A model generated the notes under the pieces. That model worked only from the letters and a program-made list of their open reading frames with translations, had not been told where the DNA came from and did no database searches. 50,842 nt of DNA from a virus (lineage: Duplodnaviria; Caudoviricetes). Of this stretch, positions 28,703 to 37,767 are shown piece by piece. How positions within the stretch are numbered: the stretch's first letter is position 1; each line of letters begins with the position of its first letter. A program made the position numbers and the translations under genes. Where the stretch lies: positions 1 through 50,842 of the IMG/VR virus record IMGVR_UViG_3300043414_001004. One strand, 5' to 3'.

Positions 28703-31028
28703 ATTGGCCTCCTGGTTGGTTAAGCTTGGTCTGCTGCAGTTGCAGCTTCTGGCGGTTGATCTGCATGGTCTCTTGCTGCTTCTGCTCGTCCAGCGCCAGA
28801 CGTTTCTGGTCAATGCCAATTTTGGCCTGGTCGTTTTGAGCGCGTTGCTGGATTTCAGTTTCCTTGAGCTTGATCAACGGATCGGGACCTTCGTCTCCGC
28901 CCGCCATCTCGTCCTGCAGCTTGCGCACTTCCTGCATGTAGACGGCAATCTTGATGGCAACCATGCCTTCTTTCTGGATAGCAGACACCATGCGATCGGG
29001 GTCCTTGCCGTAAGCCTTGAACAACTCCACTTCGACATCCTCTTCGGCCTTCAGGCGAACGTGGTCTAAGACGTGCTTTTGCAACTCGGTCGCGGCAAGC
29101 GGATTGGCCTGCAGGATTGGCGACAAGCCCATCATCAGGTGGACTGCAATGTGCGCGTCATGCTGTTGGCCAGCAAAGGCCTTGAGCTTCATGCCGTTCA
29201 ACACGTCGCTGTTCTCCGACGCAGGGTCGCGAGGCGAGTTGGTGTTTTGCGGGAGCAGCACGCCGTCAATGTCGCGGATATTGAGCGCCGCATACATGCG
29301 GTAGTAGGCCTCGTACATGTTGTGCATGTTCGGGGCGCTCTGGGCCAGCTGCAATTGCATCTGAGCGATCTGGATACGCTGGGCAGAGCTGAAGATGTTG
29401 GGGTCAGCAACAGGCTGCACGCTGACCATGGTGTCAAAGTCTGCCTTCTTGATCTTGCGGCTCGCTCCGGGTACCTCGTAGGGGTACTCGTCGGGCATGT
29501 ACTCGCCAAAGCCCTCGAAGAGCAGGCGAAACTCCAGCGTCTGTGCATAGTGCAGGCGCTTGTGGATGCTGGACATGACCATGGAGCCGCGCTCCAGCAG
29601 TGCCAGGGTGGTGCCCACCTGCGCGTACTGGTTGCCATCGCCAACCTGCATGTCGGCGGTGCTGGACAAGCGCTTTCCTGAGTCCACCAAGAATCCCATC
29701 AGCGCAAACAGCACCTGACTGGGTTCTTTGTACGGCAAAGGCATAAGCGAGCCTGCCAACTCTGCGCCACCGGCGTCAATGTCGCGCCATTCGCCTGGTT
29801 GGATGGGATTGGAGTCATCCGCGATCCGCGCGCCTTTGGCCTTGAAGCCTGCAGGCAGGTTGGACAGCGTACCGGCGTCGTTCAACTGGCGCAAAGCGCT
29901 TGTGGCCCCCTTGGCCAGGCCACCAATCAGGTGCACAAAGCCCAGGCCGTAAGCTCCAGGCCCTTCGACCAACACGTAGTGCACGTAATAGTTGCGACGC
30001 AGGCGTTTTTCGTCGTCTTCTTTCCAATTTCGGCGGATTCCGACCACTTTCAGGCTGTCTTCAATCAAAGTGACGACGTACGGGAGCTTGATGCCCGTTG
30101 GTTCGCCCTTTTCATCCTTGTCTTCAAAGCCTGGGATGTCCAAATCGACCAGTTGCTCAAGCAAAAACACCTCGCCAACGTCCGTGGTGGGCTGAATGCC
30201 GGTAACTTTGTCCACTGCGGCCTGAATTTGGCTTGGATCGCTGGGCGTGGCATACGTGTCGGCCACCACATCCAAGTATTCGCCTGCCAAAGCGCGCTTT
30301 TTGTACTCGTTGGAGTCCATTGCAATGCGGTGCGTGAGCCGTGGGCACTGGGACACGACGCTTGAGCCGTTGTACGGGATGTATACGTCGTCCGCAAGGC
30401 ACAACTTTGACACCATGCGGTTCAACTGATAGTCAAAATAGACCTTCTTAAAGGTCGAACCACCATAACCCGTGTAGAAAAGCTGCTGGTCAAACTCCGG
30501 CGTGTACTCTTCCATCACCGTGGTGAGCTGGTAGTTCATAAAGTCCTGCACGCGGCCTGCTTGCTGGAACTTTTCAACCGTTTCCTTGCCCATGATCTGG
30601 CTGCGCACTGGGCCGCCAGCAGGCATGAGCTCTTTGAATGCCTGCGCTTGGAACTGAATGATGGCCTCGGTCAGCATTGGGTGGGTCGCGCCCGACGCGC
30701 CACGGAAAGGCTTGGTGCGCTCTTCCATGCGAAAGCCCAAAAGGTCCAGGCCCTTGGCGTACATGGACTCCCACTCGGAGCGCGAGCCCTTGTCAGCCTC
30801 AAACAAGGCCGACACTTCAAGGCCCACGCTGACCAACTCGTCCGGATCAATGACATCGGCCAGGTTGGCGTAGAAGTCCACCTCTTCAGCATCGGCCTCG
30901 CCCATCTCAATGGTCGCGCCGCCGTCCTCTTCAATGATGATTTCAATGTCCGACTCAGGCTTTGGTATCCCGCCGCCAATCACCACATCAAGTGTGGGCA
31001 TCCGGTTCATTGCTTTTTCGATTGCCAT
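28692..31028 (-). CDS. portal protein
   Basis: 778 aa with HPMLTEAIIQFQAQA.KEL.PAGGPV, GLGFVHLIGGL and DAGTLSNLPAGFK. Between TerL and the scaffold. Confidence 0.9.
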   Translation of the reverse strand: MAIEKAMNRMPTLDVVIGGGIPKPESDIEIIIEEDGGATIEMGEADAEEVDFYANLADVIDPDELVSVGLEVSALFEADKGSRSEWESMYAKGLDLLGFRMEERTKPFRGASGATHPMLTEAIIQFQAQAFKELMPAGGPVRSQIMGKETVEKFQQAGRVQDFMNYQLTTVMEEYTPEFDQQLFYTGYGGSTFKKVYFDYQLNRMVSKLCLADDVYIPYNGSSVVSQCPRLTHRIAMDSNEYKKRALAGEYLDVVADTYATPSDPSQIQAAVDKVTGIQPTTDVGEVFLLEQLVDLDIPGFEDKDEKGEPTGIKLPYVVTLIEDSLKVVGIRRNWKEDDEKRLRRNYYVHYVLVEGPGAYGLGFVHLIGGLAKGATSALRQLNDAGTLSNLPAGFKAKGARIADDSNPIQPGEWRDIDAGGAELAGSLMPLPYKEPSQVLFALMGFLVDSGKRLSSTADMQVGDGNQYAQVGTTLALLERGSMVMSSIHKRLHYAQTLEFRLLFEGFGEYMPDEYPYEVPGASRKIKKADFDTMVSVQPVADPNIFSSAQRIQIAQMQLQLAQSAPNMHNMYEAYYRMYAALNIRDIDGVLLPQNTNSPRDPASENSDVLNGMKLKAFAGQQHDAHIAVHLMMGLSPILQANPLAATELQKHVLDHVRLKAEEDVEVELFKAYGKDPDRMVSAIQKEGMVAIKIAVYMQEVRKLQDEMAGGDEGPDPLIKLKETEIQQRAQNDQAKIGIDQKRLALDEQKQQETMQINRQKLQLQQTKLNQPGGQYAA

Positions 31029-31085
31029 GTGTGTTCCTTACGCTTGCAGCTGTGTATTATTCAACAAATCAACTATAGACGCAGC

Positions 31086-34000
31086 TTATTTTTTGGATTT
31101 CTTCGCCGCGCCGCCTTTGGCGTACTCGGGAGGCGGGGCCATACCCTTGTCAGCCTTGGCCTTGCGCGCGTCCATCTGCTCGCGGCTCATGATGTACGGC
31201 TTATCCTTGGTCTGCTTAGTCTGAGACTGCAGCGCCATGGCCTTGACCAGTTTTTCCAGCTCTGCCTGGCTCGTGGTCCGTGCTGCCAGTTCCGCGCCAA
31301 TGCGGTTATTGTGCACGTCATAGGGCAGATCATCACGGGGCTTGCCAATGCCAAAAGCCGAAAAGAAGGTCTGCGGGTTGCTGGTGTACTCATGGGCCTT
31401 GCCCAACAGCTCGGCGGCCTTGGGGCCGAACTTGCGCGCCACAATGCCAGCGGCCAACATGTGGCGCGCCGCGTCCCGCTGGTCATCCTGGCCAAGCTGG
31501 TCCGGGAACATACCGGCCGAGGCCTTGGTAGCGTAGCTGCTCACATCAAAAATGCTGGGCTCGGCAACCTCTTCCTTTGTCGCTTCTCCGCCCTCAGCAA
31601 AAGTCTTTTTGGCCAGGCTGTTTCGAGTCAGTGTTGGAGCCCCCAAGGTGGGAGCGCCCAGGGTGTTAGCCCGTAGGCCGAGGGCCTTGTTCTTGGCGGC
31701 TTCAATCTTGCGCTGGTACTGCGCAATAAACGCCTCCATCTGCGCGCGGGCTGAGTCTGTGTTCTTGGCCTCAGGGGGCGACGACGTCGTGTCCAAAGTC
31801 ATTTCTTTGGATGCGGCTATGGGAGCCAGCTTGAGGTTCATCTCCTTGGACGACTCTGCACCACCTGCGGGCTGCGAACTGCGCTTCATGTTCTGGCGAA
31901 CGGGCGACGGCTTGTTGCTTACCTTGGTCACATCGGTCAAATACTTCTGAGCCGTGCCCAGCGGGTCGACGTTGATCGGGTCGGTGTTTTCCTGCTGCAG
32001 ATACTCATTGACCAAAGCGCTGTTACTCAAAGCTTCCCCGCCTTCTTTAAAGAACTTGGGCATGGCGGGCGCTGCACTTAAGTTGCCAAAGCGATCCACT
32101 TGAGAGCCCAAGACATCCGACAGCTGGGAATTTGTTCCAGCAATCTGGGCCGTCAACTGGCCCTCTCGTATCTCGTCGATCGAGGGCATTGCTGCTGAAG
32201 CAACGGCGTTGCCCATGCGATCACGCGCAGTGCCAAAAGTGTCCGACAGCTTTTTGTAGCTCCCCAGCGTGTGGGGGTCCAAGCTGCCGCTGCCCATTTG
32301 AACCCTTGGAATATTTGGGGTAATGACGGGAGGCGTGACTGGTCGGTCATAAGTGGGCGGGTTGGTACCCATGGTCCCACGGCGCAGGGCTTCTGCTTCA
32401 AATGCATTTGTTCCAGGGCGCACGGCAACTCCTGGCCCCAGTGGGGCCGTAGCGGGTGGAATTGGTATCCCCGTGTAAGGGGGTGGAGGCTGGACGCGGC
32501 CAGTGCCGATTCTTGGGGAAGTGCCAAACAGGTTTGGGACCTCCGCAGTCCGTATAGGAATAAGCGATCCCCCACCTGGCGATTCTGCCACTGGAGGTAC
32601 AACGGGAGGTGTGACCACCGGGGGCTTGGGCGGCTCTACTACCGGAGGTTTGGGCGGCTCTACTACCGGAGGTACGACGGGAGGCGTGACCACCGGGGGC
32701 ACGACGGGAGGCTTTGGCGGCTCTACTACCGGAGGTACAACCGGGGGCACGACGGGAGGCGTGACCACCGGGGGCTTGGGCGGCTCTACTACCGGAGGTT
32801 TGACCACCGGGGGCACGACAGGCGTCACGCCAGGGGGCTTTGGCAAGGGCGCAATGGTTGTTGGAAAACCACCGGTATTGGTATCCCACTGAGGGGAGTC
32901 GACCATGTCGTTCCAGTCCTCTCCAACCTTTTCCCACTCTTTGCCGATGTTGTTCCAGTCGACGGTAAGGACATTTGGGCTTAAGGACTTTTCTCCCGTG
33001 TCGACGTTGCCAACGTTGCTCTGGTCGTAGGTAAGGACACTTGGGCCTTCAGACTTGTCCTGCGTGTCGACGTTGCCAATGTTATTCCAGTCGACCTCAA
33101 GGACGGGGGGACGAGCAAGAGTGAACGTGGGAACGGTATAGCTCGGAGTAAACGTGGGAACGGTGTAGCTTGGGGTAAACGTGGGAGCGCGATAAGTGGG
33201 CGCTGCGTCAACGTTGTCGTCCTCATTGTTGTAGGAATTGCCGATGTTGTCCCAGTCCACTTCAAGCACGGGAGCAGGTGGAGGGGGCGTGTACGCCCGT
33301 GGCGCAGGATTCTGCCTTTCGTATTGCAGCATCAGCCGGTCAAAGTTTGAAACGGGCGCTGTTTTTGATGGTGGACGATAAGGCTGCGCCGCTTTGGCCG
33401 CTGCGGCAGCTTTAGCCACTGCAGGTGCTGCTGCGGCCTTTTTGTTGGCCTCGAGCAGGTTGTAGTAGTCATCCCTTGCTTTTTGAGCGCCGGGAGACCA
33501 GTCAATGGCCGCAGGGCCCTTAGAGGCCGCAAGCGCTTTTTTGTCCTCTTCCGTCTGGTCAGCCCTGGCCTGTGCTTCATCCCCTATGGCCCTGTAGTAC
33601 GCGTCCCTCTCCTCTTGAGCGTTAGACGACCAGTCAACAGCCGCAGGACCCTTAGACGCAGCAAGCGCTTTTTTGTTTGCCGCTACCCGATCAGCTGCCT
33701 CTTTCTCGATGGCGTCGACCGCCGCGTAGTAGGCAGCTCGTTCTTCTGGGGCGTTAGAGGACCAGTTTACAGAGCCGGGGCCCTTAGACGCAGCAAGCGC
33801 TTTTTTGTTTGCCGCCGCTTCGTCCGCCTTTTGATCTTCGATGTCCTGCAAGGCCTGGAGGTACTTAGCACGTTCCTCCGGTGCGTTAGACGACCAGTCG
33901 ATGGCCGCAGGCCCCTTAGAGGCTGCAAGCGCTTTTTTGTTTGCCGCCGCCTGATCCGCCGCTTCCTTTTCAATGGCGTCGACCGCCGCGTAATAGGCGG

Positions 34001-35375
34001 CCCGTTCTGCTGGAGCGTTAGACGACCAGTTCACAGAGCCAGGGCCTTTGGAATCGGCAAGCGCTTTTTTGTTTGCCGCAGCCGCGTCTGCCGCTTCCTT
34101 TTCAATGGCGTCGACCGCCGCGTAATAGGCAGCACGCTCTTCTGGGGCATTAGACGACCAATCTACAGCGCCGGGGCCATTGGACGCAGCAAGCGCTTTT
34201 TTGTTTGCCGCAGCCGCGTCTGCCGCGTCTTGGTCCACAGGTGCAACGTATCGTGGAAGAGACTGCACGCTCCTTTGTTCAGGCGCAGCATAGACGTTGT
34301 CCCAGTCCACGTTGAGCGTGGGGGAGGTGTAGCGAGGCAGGGACTGCACGCTCTGCACTGGAGGGAGTACGTACCGCCCCGTGAATCTTCCGTTTTCGTC
34401 AAAGTCCAACAGAGGGAGATTTGAGTACGCGTCGCCTGGGTAGGTTCTGTCCGGTAAACCTGGATAAGCGTTGCCTGGGATAGCCCTGTCCGGCAGTCCA
34501 GGATACGAGTTGGCAGGGATAAATCTGTCCGGTAGACCTGAATAGGAGTTAGCTGGGATGTACCTGTCAGGAGAGGACGGATACGAATTCCCTGCGTAGG
34601 ACCTGCCGGGGATGTACCTGTCCGGGCTGCCTGAATCAACTTTGTCCGATGAGGCCGTGCTTGATGAGGCCTTGTTCGGAGAGGTTTTAATGGGGGAAGT
34701 CTTGAGCTTGGAAGGGCTGGAGGTCTTCTTGCTGTTGTTTGAGTTGTATGTACTCGCGCCGGAGGTTTTCTTGCCGTTAGTTAAACTGTAGCTGTCGGTG
34801 CCGTAGGAGGCATTGCCGCCACCTGAGCTGTAACTGTTCGCGCCGTAAGAGGTGTTGCCACCGTTTGCACCGTAGTTGGTCGTGCCGTAATTGGTATTGC
34901 CACCGTTTGCACCGTAGTTGGTCGTGCCGTACCGGGTTGTGCTGTTGTTTGACCCGTAGTTGTTTGCACCAAAGTTGGTGTCGCCAAACACGGTTGAGCC
35001 GCTCTTTTTAACGGGGGTTGCCTTGGCAGAGTTGCTCTGCTTGTTCATCGCGTCAAAACGATCGTTGGCCGCCTTGTTCATTGCGTTGAACCGGTCCACA
35101 GCTGCCTTGTTCTCCGCAGCTACCCTGGCATTTTCCGCTCTAGCCAACGCCTGGGCCGCAGCCAGGCTGGCATTTTGCTGGGCAGCACTGGCCTGCGGCA
35201 CGCTGGGGGCCTTTGCATACGCACGATTGGCTGCCGCCATGGCGTTTGCCGCTGCAGTGTTGCTGGCGTACCCCGCATTCCTGACGTTTGTCGCAGCCAT
35301 CTTTTGCGCGGCTGCGCGGTTGGCCGCCGCCATGGCGGCGTACGCTTTTGCGTTGCTGTTGTACGAGGTGGCCAT
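31086..35375 (-). CDS. 1429-aa low-complexity repeat protein with C-terminal DUF6973-like domain
   Basis: Several tandem repeat types; C-terminal DAARH...AHE...DVHNNRIG; three [FY]-[AK]-x-GG motifs. Confidence 0.65.
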   Translation of the reverse strand: MATSYNSNAKAYAAMAAANRAAAQKMAATNVRNAGYASNTAAANAMAAANRAYAKAPSVPQASAAQQNASLAAAQALARAENARVAAENKAAVDRFNAMNKAANDRFDAMNKQSNSAKATPVKKSGSTVFGDTNFGANNYGSNNSTTRYGTTNYGANGGNTNYGTTNYGANGGNTSYGANSYSSGGGNASYGTDSYSLTNGKKTSGASTYNSNNSKKTSSPSKLKTSPIKTSPNKASSSTASSDKVDSGSPDRYIPGRSYAGNSYPSSPDRYIPANSYSGLPDRFIPANSYPGLPDRAIPGNAYPGLPDRTYPGDAYSNLPLLDFDENGRFTGRYVLPPVQSVQSLPRYTSPTLNVDWDNVYAAPEQRSVQSLPRYVAPVDQDAADAAAANKKALAASNGPGAVDWSSNAPEERAAYYAAVDAIEKEAADAAAANKKALADSKGPGSVNWSSNAPAERAAYYAAVDAIEKEAADQAAANKKALAASKGPAAIDWSSNAPEERAKYLQALQDIEDQKADEAAANKKALAASKGPGSVNWSSNAPEERAAYYAAVDAIEKEAADRVAANKKALAASKGPAAVDWSSNAQEERDAYYRAIGDEAQARADQTEEDKKALAASKGPAAIDWSPGAQKARDDYYNLLEANKKAAAAPAVAKAAAAAKAAQPYRPPSKTAPVSNFDRLMLQYERQNPAPRAYTPPPPAPVLEVDWDNIGNSYNNEDDNVDAAPTYRAPTFTPSYTVPTFTPSYTVPTFTLARPPVLEVDWNNIGNVDTQDKSEGPSVLTYDQSNVGNVDTGEKSLSPNVLTVDWNNIGKEWEKVGEDWNDMVDSPQWDTNTGGFPTTIAPLPKPPGVTPVVPPVVKPPVVEPPKPPVVTPPVVPPVVPPVVEPPKPPVVPPVVTPPVVPPVVEPPKPPVVEPPKPPVVTPPVVPPVAESPGGGSLIPIRTAEVPNLFGTSPRIGTGRVQPPPPYTGIPIPPATAPLGPGVAVRPGTNAFEAEALRRGTMGTNPPTYDRPVTPPVITPNIPRVQMGSGSLDPHTLGSYKKLSDTFGTARDRMGNAVASAAMPSIDEIREGQLTAQIAGTNSQLSDVLGSQVDRFGNLSAAPAMPKFFKEGGEALSNSALVNEYLQQENTDPINVDPLGTAQKYLTDVTKVSNKPSPVRQNMKRSSQPAGGAESSKEMNLKLAPIAASKEMTLDTTSSPPEAKNTDSARAQMEAFIAQYQRKIEAAKNKALGLRANTLGAPTLGAPTLTRNSLAKKTFAEGGEATKEEVAEPSIFDVSSYATKASAGMFPDQLGQDDQRDAARHMLAAGIVARKFGPKAAELLGKAHEYTSNPQTFFSAFGIGKPRDDLPYDVHNNRIGAELAARTTSQAELEKLVKAMALQSQTKQTKDKPYIMSREQMDARKAKADKGMAPPPEYAKGGAAKKSKK
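33480..34230 (-). repeat. about 6 x 129-bp coding repeats
   Basis: CAAGCGCTTTTTTGT recurs every 129 bp; encodes NKKALAASKGP..VDWSSNAPEERAAYY. Confidence 0.9.
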
Positions 35376-35416
35376 GGCCTGCTCCTAGGCAGAAGAAATT
35401 GCCACCATTTTACCCG

Positions 35417-36877
35417 TCAATAGTACTCCGGCACAAGCGCGCCGTCCGTGCTCCCATCCTCCTGGTCATCGGTGTGCAGGCTGATAAAACTGCCCCGCCG
35501 GAACCGGTCCATGGCCATGACGGTGCTGTCCACCATGTCGTCGTTATCACCGTTCGGGAACGCCGCGCATTCTTCCACCAACAGCTCCGCCCAGTCCGTG
35601 TCCGGGGCCCAAACCATACCTGCCTCGAACACCGGTGCAATGGCGTTGGCCCTGGACACCTTGTCTTGGCCCGCGCGCCGCCCGCCAGGGGAATACATCG
35701 TCACCGGGATGCTCATCTTCCGCAGCTCCTGCTGCAAGGTCGTGCCCGTGGCCTTCGCCTCAATGAGCACGTTGTCCGGCTGCCAAAGGTCGTACTGCTC
35801 CTTCGCAATACGCTTGAGCTCTGGGAAGTCCCAGCGCCCGCGCTTGACGTCCAACAAGATGATGGACGCCCCCGAGTCCTCGTTCAGGTAGAACACGCCC
35901 CAGGTCGTGATGACAGAGAAGTCAGCCGTCTCCTTCTTGGAGTAGGCTGTGTCCATGGACTGGATGATGTAGTTCACGATCGGTGGGTCGTCCTTTGGCC
36001 AGACCTTCCACCACTCCCGCTTCAGGATCGCACCCTCGTCGTTCGTGGGCTGCTGCTGGTACATCGCGTTCCACTTCTGGACTGACAAGGAAGCCTTGAC
36101 ACTTTCCAGCTCCTCCAGCTTCCAGAACCCCGGCCAAAGCGGATTGCCAGATGGCAAGATGGCCGGGAACTCGATCACCTCCCACTGGTCCGCGTTCCGC
36201 GACTTCTGGGCCTTGATCAAGCGCGCCGTCAAATCCTTCGTGCCCCAACGCGTCATCACAATCACCACCGCACCGCCTGGCTGCAAACGCGTACGCGGGC
36301 CAGAGCTGTACCACTCCCAGCAATTGTCCAAAGCAAGCTCGCTCATCGCGTCCTGCTCTGAGTGCGGGTCGTCAATGATCAAGACATCCGCACCACGGCC
36401 CGTCATCGCGCCGCCCACACCGACGGCAAAGTATTCCCCGCCAAGGTTCGTGTCCCACCGACCAGCAGCCTTTGAATCCTGCTTCAGCGTCACCTCGGGG
36501 AACACCTCCTTGTAGGTCTCCATGTCCATCAGGTCACGCACCTTCCTGCCAAAGCGCACGGCGAGCTCGCTGTTGTGCGTCGCTTCAATGGCCTTGGTGC
36601 GCGGATCACGGCCCATGAGATAGGCAGGCAGGAGGTAGGACGCGAATTCAGACTTCGTGTGCCGAGGAGGCATGTTGATGATCAAGCGCTTCAGAGTGCC
36701 GTTGGCGATCCGGTCAAAAGCTTTGGCCATCACGGTGTGATGCTCACCGAGCAAGGCCTGCGGCCAAACGTATCGAACGAAGTCGATAAAGCTGCTCTTG
36801 GCCTTTTCTTGCGTCTCAAGCTGCGCGAGCCGGTACTCAAGGCGCAGGCGATCCGCTTCAATGTCGTCAGGAATCAT
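35417..36877 (-). CDS. terL: terminase large subunit
   Basis: Walker A MPPRHTKS, TGRGAD, Walker B LIIDDP, VMTRW, nuclease DTA...DDMVD. Confidence 0.95.
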   Translation of the reverse strand: MIPDDIEADRLRLEYRLAQLETQEKAKSSFIDFVRYVWPQALLGEHHTVMAKAFDRIANGTLKRLIINMPPRHTKSEFASYLLPAYLMGRDPRTKAIEATHNSELAVRFGRKVRDLMDMETYKEVFPEVTLKQDSKAAGRWDTNLGGEYFAVGVGGAMTGRGADVLIIDDPHSEQDAMSELALDNCWEWYSSGPRTRLQPGGAVVIVMTRWGTKDLTARLIKAQKSRNADQWEVIEFPAILPSGNPLWPGFWKLEELESVKASLSVQKWNAMYQQQPTNDEGAILKREWWKVWPKDDPPIVNYIIQSMDTAYSKKETADFSVITTWGVFYLNEDSGASIILLDVKRGRWDFPELKRIAKEQYDLWQPDNVLIEAKATGTTLQQELRKMSIPVTMYSPGGRRAGQDKVSRANAIAPVFEAGMVWAPDTDWAELLVEECAAFPNGDNDDMVDSTVMAMDRFRRGSFISLHTDDQEDGSTDGALVPEYY

Positions 36878-36966
36878 GGGGTCCGTTTCGTTTCAAAATT
36901 TTAAATATTTTGACACGAGTTGACTTTGTTGACAAAGGGGGCCCTTTTTTCTTTTAGGTCGAAAAG

Positions 36967-36982
36967 TGTTTCACGTGAAACC
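36967..36982. promoter_or_regulatory. parS-like palindrome
   Basis: TGTTTCACGTGAAACC, a 15/16 match to the bacterial chromosomal parS consensus TGTTTCACGTGAAACA; intergenic. Confidence 0.7.
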
Positions 36983-37073
36983 TAGCGTGTGAAATCGGGC
37001 TAAAGCCCGCGTCAGCCGGACCGGGGGCCCTTTTTTCGGGGCCCGGGGTGGGTGGGGGTCGCATCTGGTGACC

Positions 37074-37400
37074 GGCCTCGCGGCCCATGGCCACCGGCGC
37101 GCAGCGCTCGGACCACGCACCAGGCAGCACGGACCCCGCACCAGGCGACGCGCACCTGGTAGCGCGTCGGATTATCTAATAATCGCTAAGTGAGAAAATG
37201 ATAATCGTCGAATCATTATCAGATTATCTTTAATCGATTATCTCGATTATCTCGAAAACGCGCTAAGCGCGCACCAGGTAGCGCGGCCCAGGGCGCGCGG
37301 ACCACGTGCCAGGGCGCGCAGATCGCGGCCACCTGGCCACGGTCCAGGGCGAGCGGACCAGGCGGACCGGCACGCGATACCCGGCGCACGGCCTAGGCGT
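37074..37400. repeat. putative packaging/terminus site: two 7-bp-period arrays around a GATTATC core
   Basis: Units CGGACCA, CGCACCA, GGCAGCA, CGGCCCA etc. at 37074-37166 and 37270-37400; AT-rich GATTATC/GATAATC repeats at 37170-37255. Confidence 0.65.
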
Positions 37401-37498
37401 CGGTCGGCCAGCGACGCGGTCCTGGTACGGCCACCAGGGCGGCCGGGCGGGTTGACCAGGGCGCGCACCAGTTAGGCGCGGCCGGTGCGGTACCGACG

Positions 37499-37524
37499 AA
37501 AAAAAACCCGGCACGTCGGCCGGG
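37499..37524 (-). terminator. rho-independent terminator ending the early block
   Basis: CCCGGC stem plus T8 on the minus strand. Confidence 0.8.
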
Positions 37525-37548
37525 TCCAGGGTGAGCAAAACCGGTGCG

Positions 37549-37767
37549 CTAAGCGGGCAGGCCTGCAGCGTCGGCCAGGGCGGCCAGCAGGTGGTCGGCC
37601 GTGCCCAGGGCGTCGGCCTTATCGTCGGTGAAATACTCGGCCACCAGGCGGCCGTCGGCATCGGTGGCGCGGACCTGGTACTCGGACCAGGCAGCAGACC
37701 AGGCGACGCGGACCAGGCCAGCGTCGGCCAGGCGGACCAGCTGCACCAGGCGCAGGCGGGCGCTCAT
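37549..37767 (-). CDS. hypothetical early protein
   Basis: 72 aa, W..WSEYQVR...YFTDDKADALGTA. Confidence 0.6.
   Translation of the reverse strand: MSARLRLVQLVRLADAGLVRVAWSAAWSEYQVRATDADGRLVAEYFTDDKADALGTADHLLAALADAAGLPA

Noticed and set aside
33480-34230. 129-bp spaced repeats as a CRISPR array
   Set aside because: The whole unit repeats in frame within the 1429-aa ORF.
37247-37661. ORFs 37247..37468 and 37263..37661
   Set aside because: Pro/Arg/Trp-rich translations of the heptamer array, lying across or beyond a terminator.
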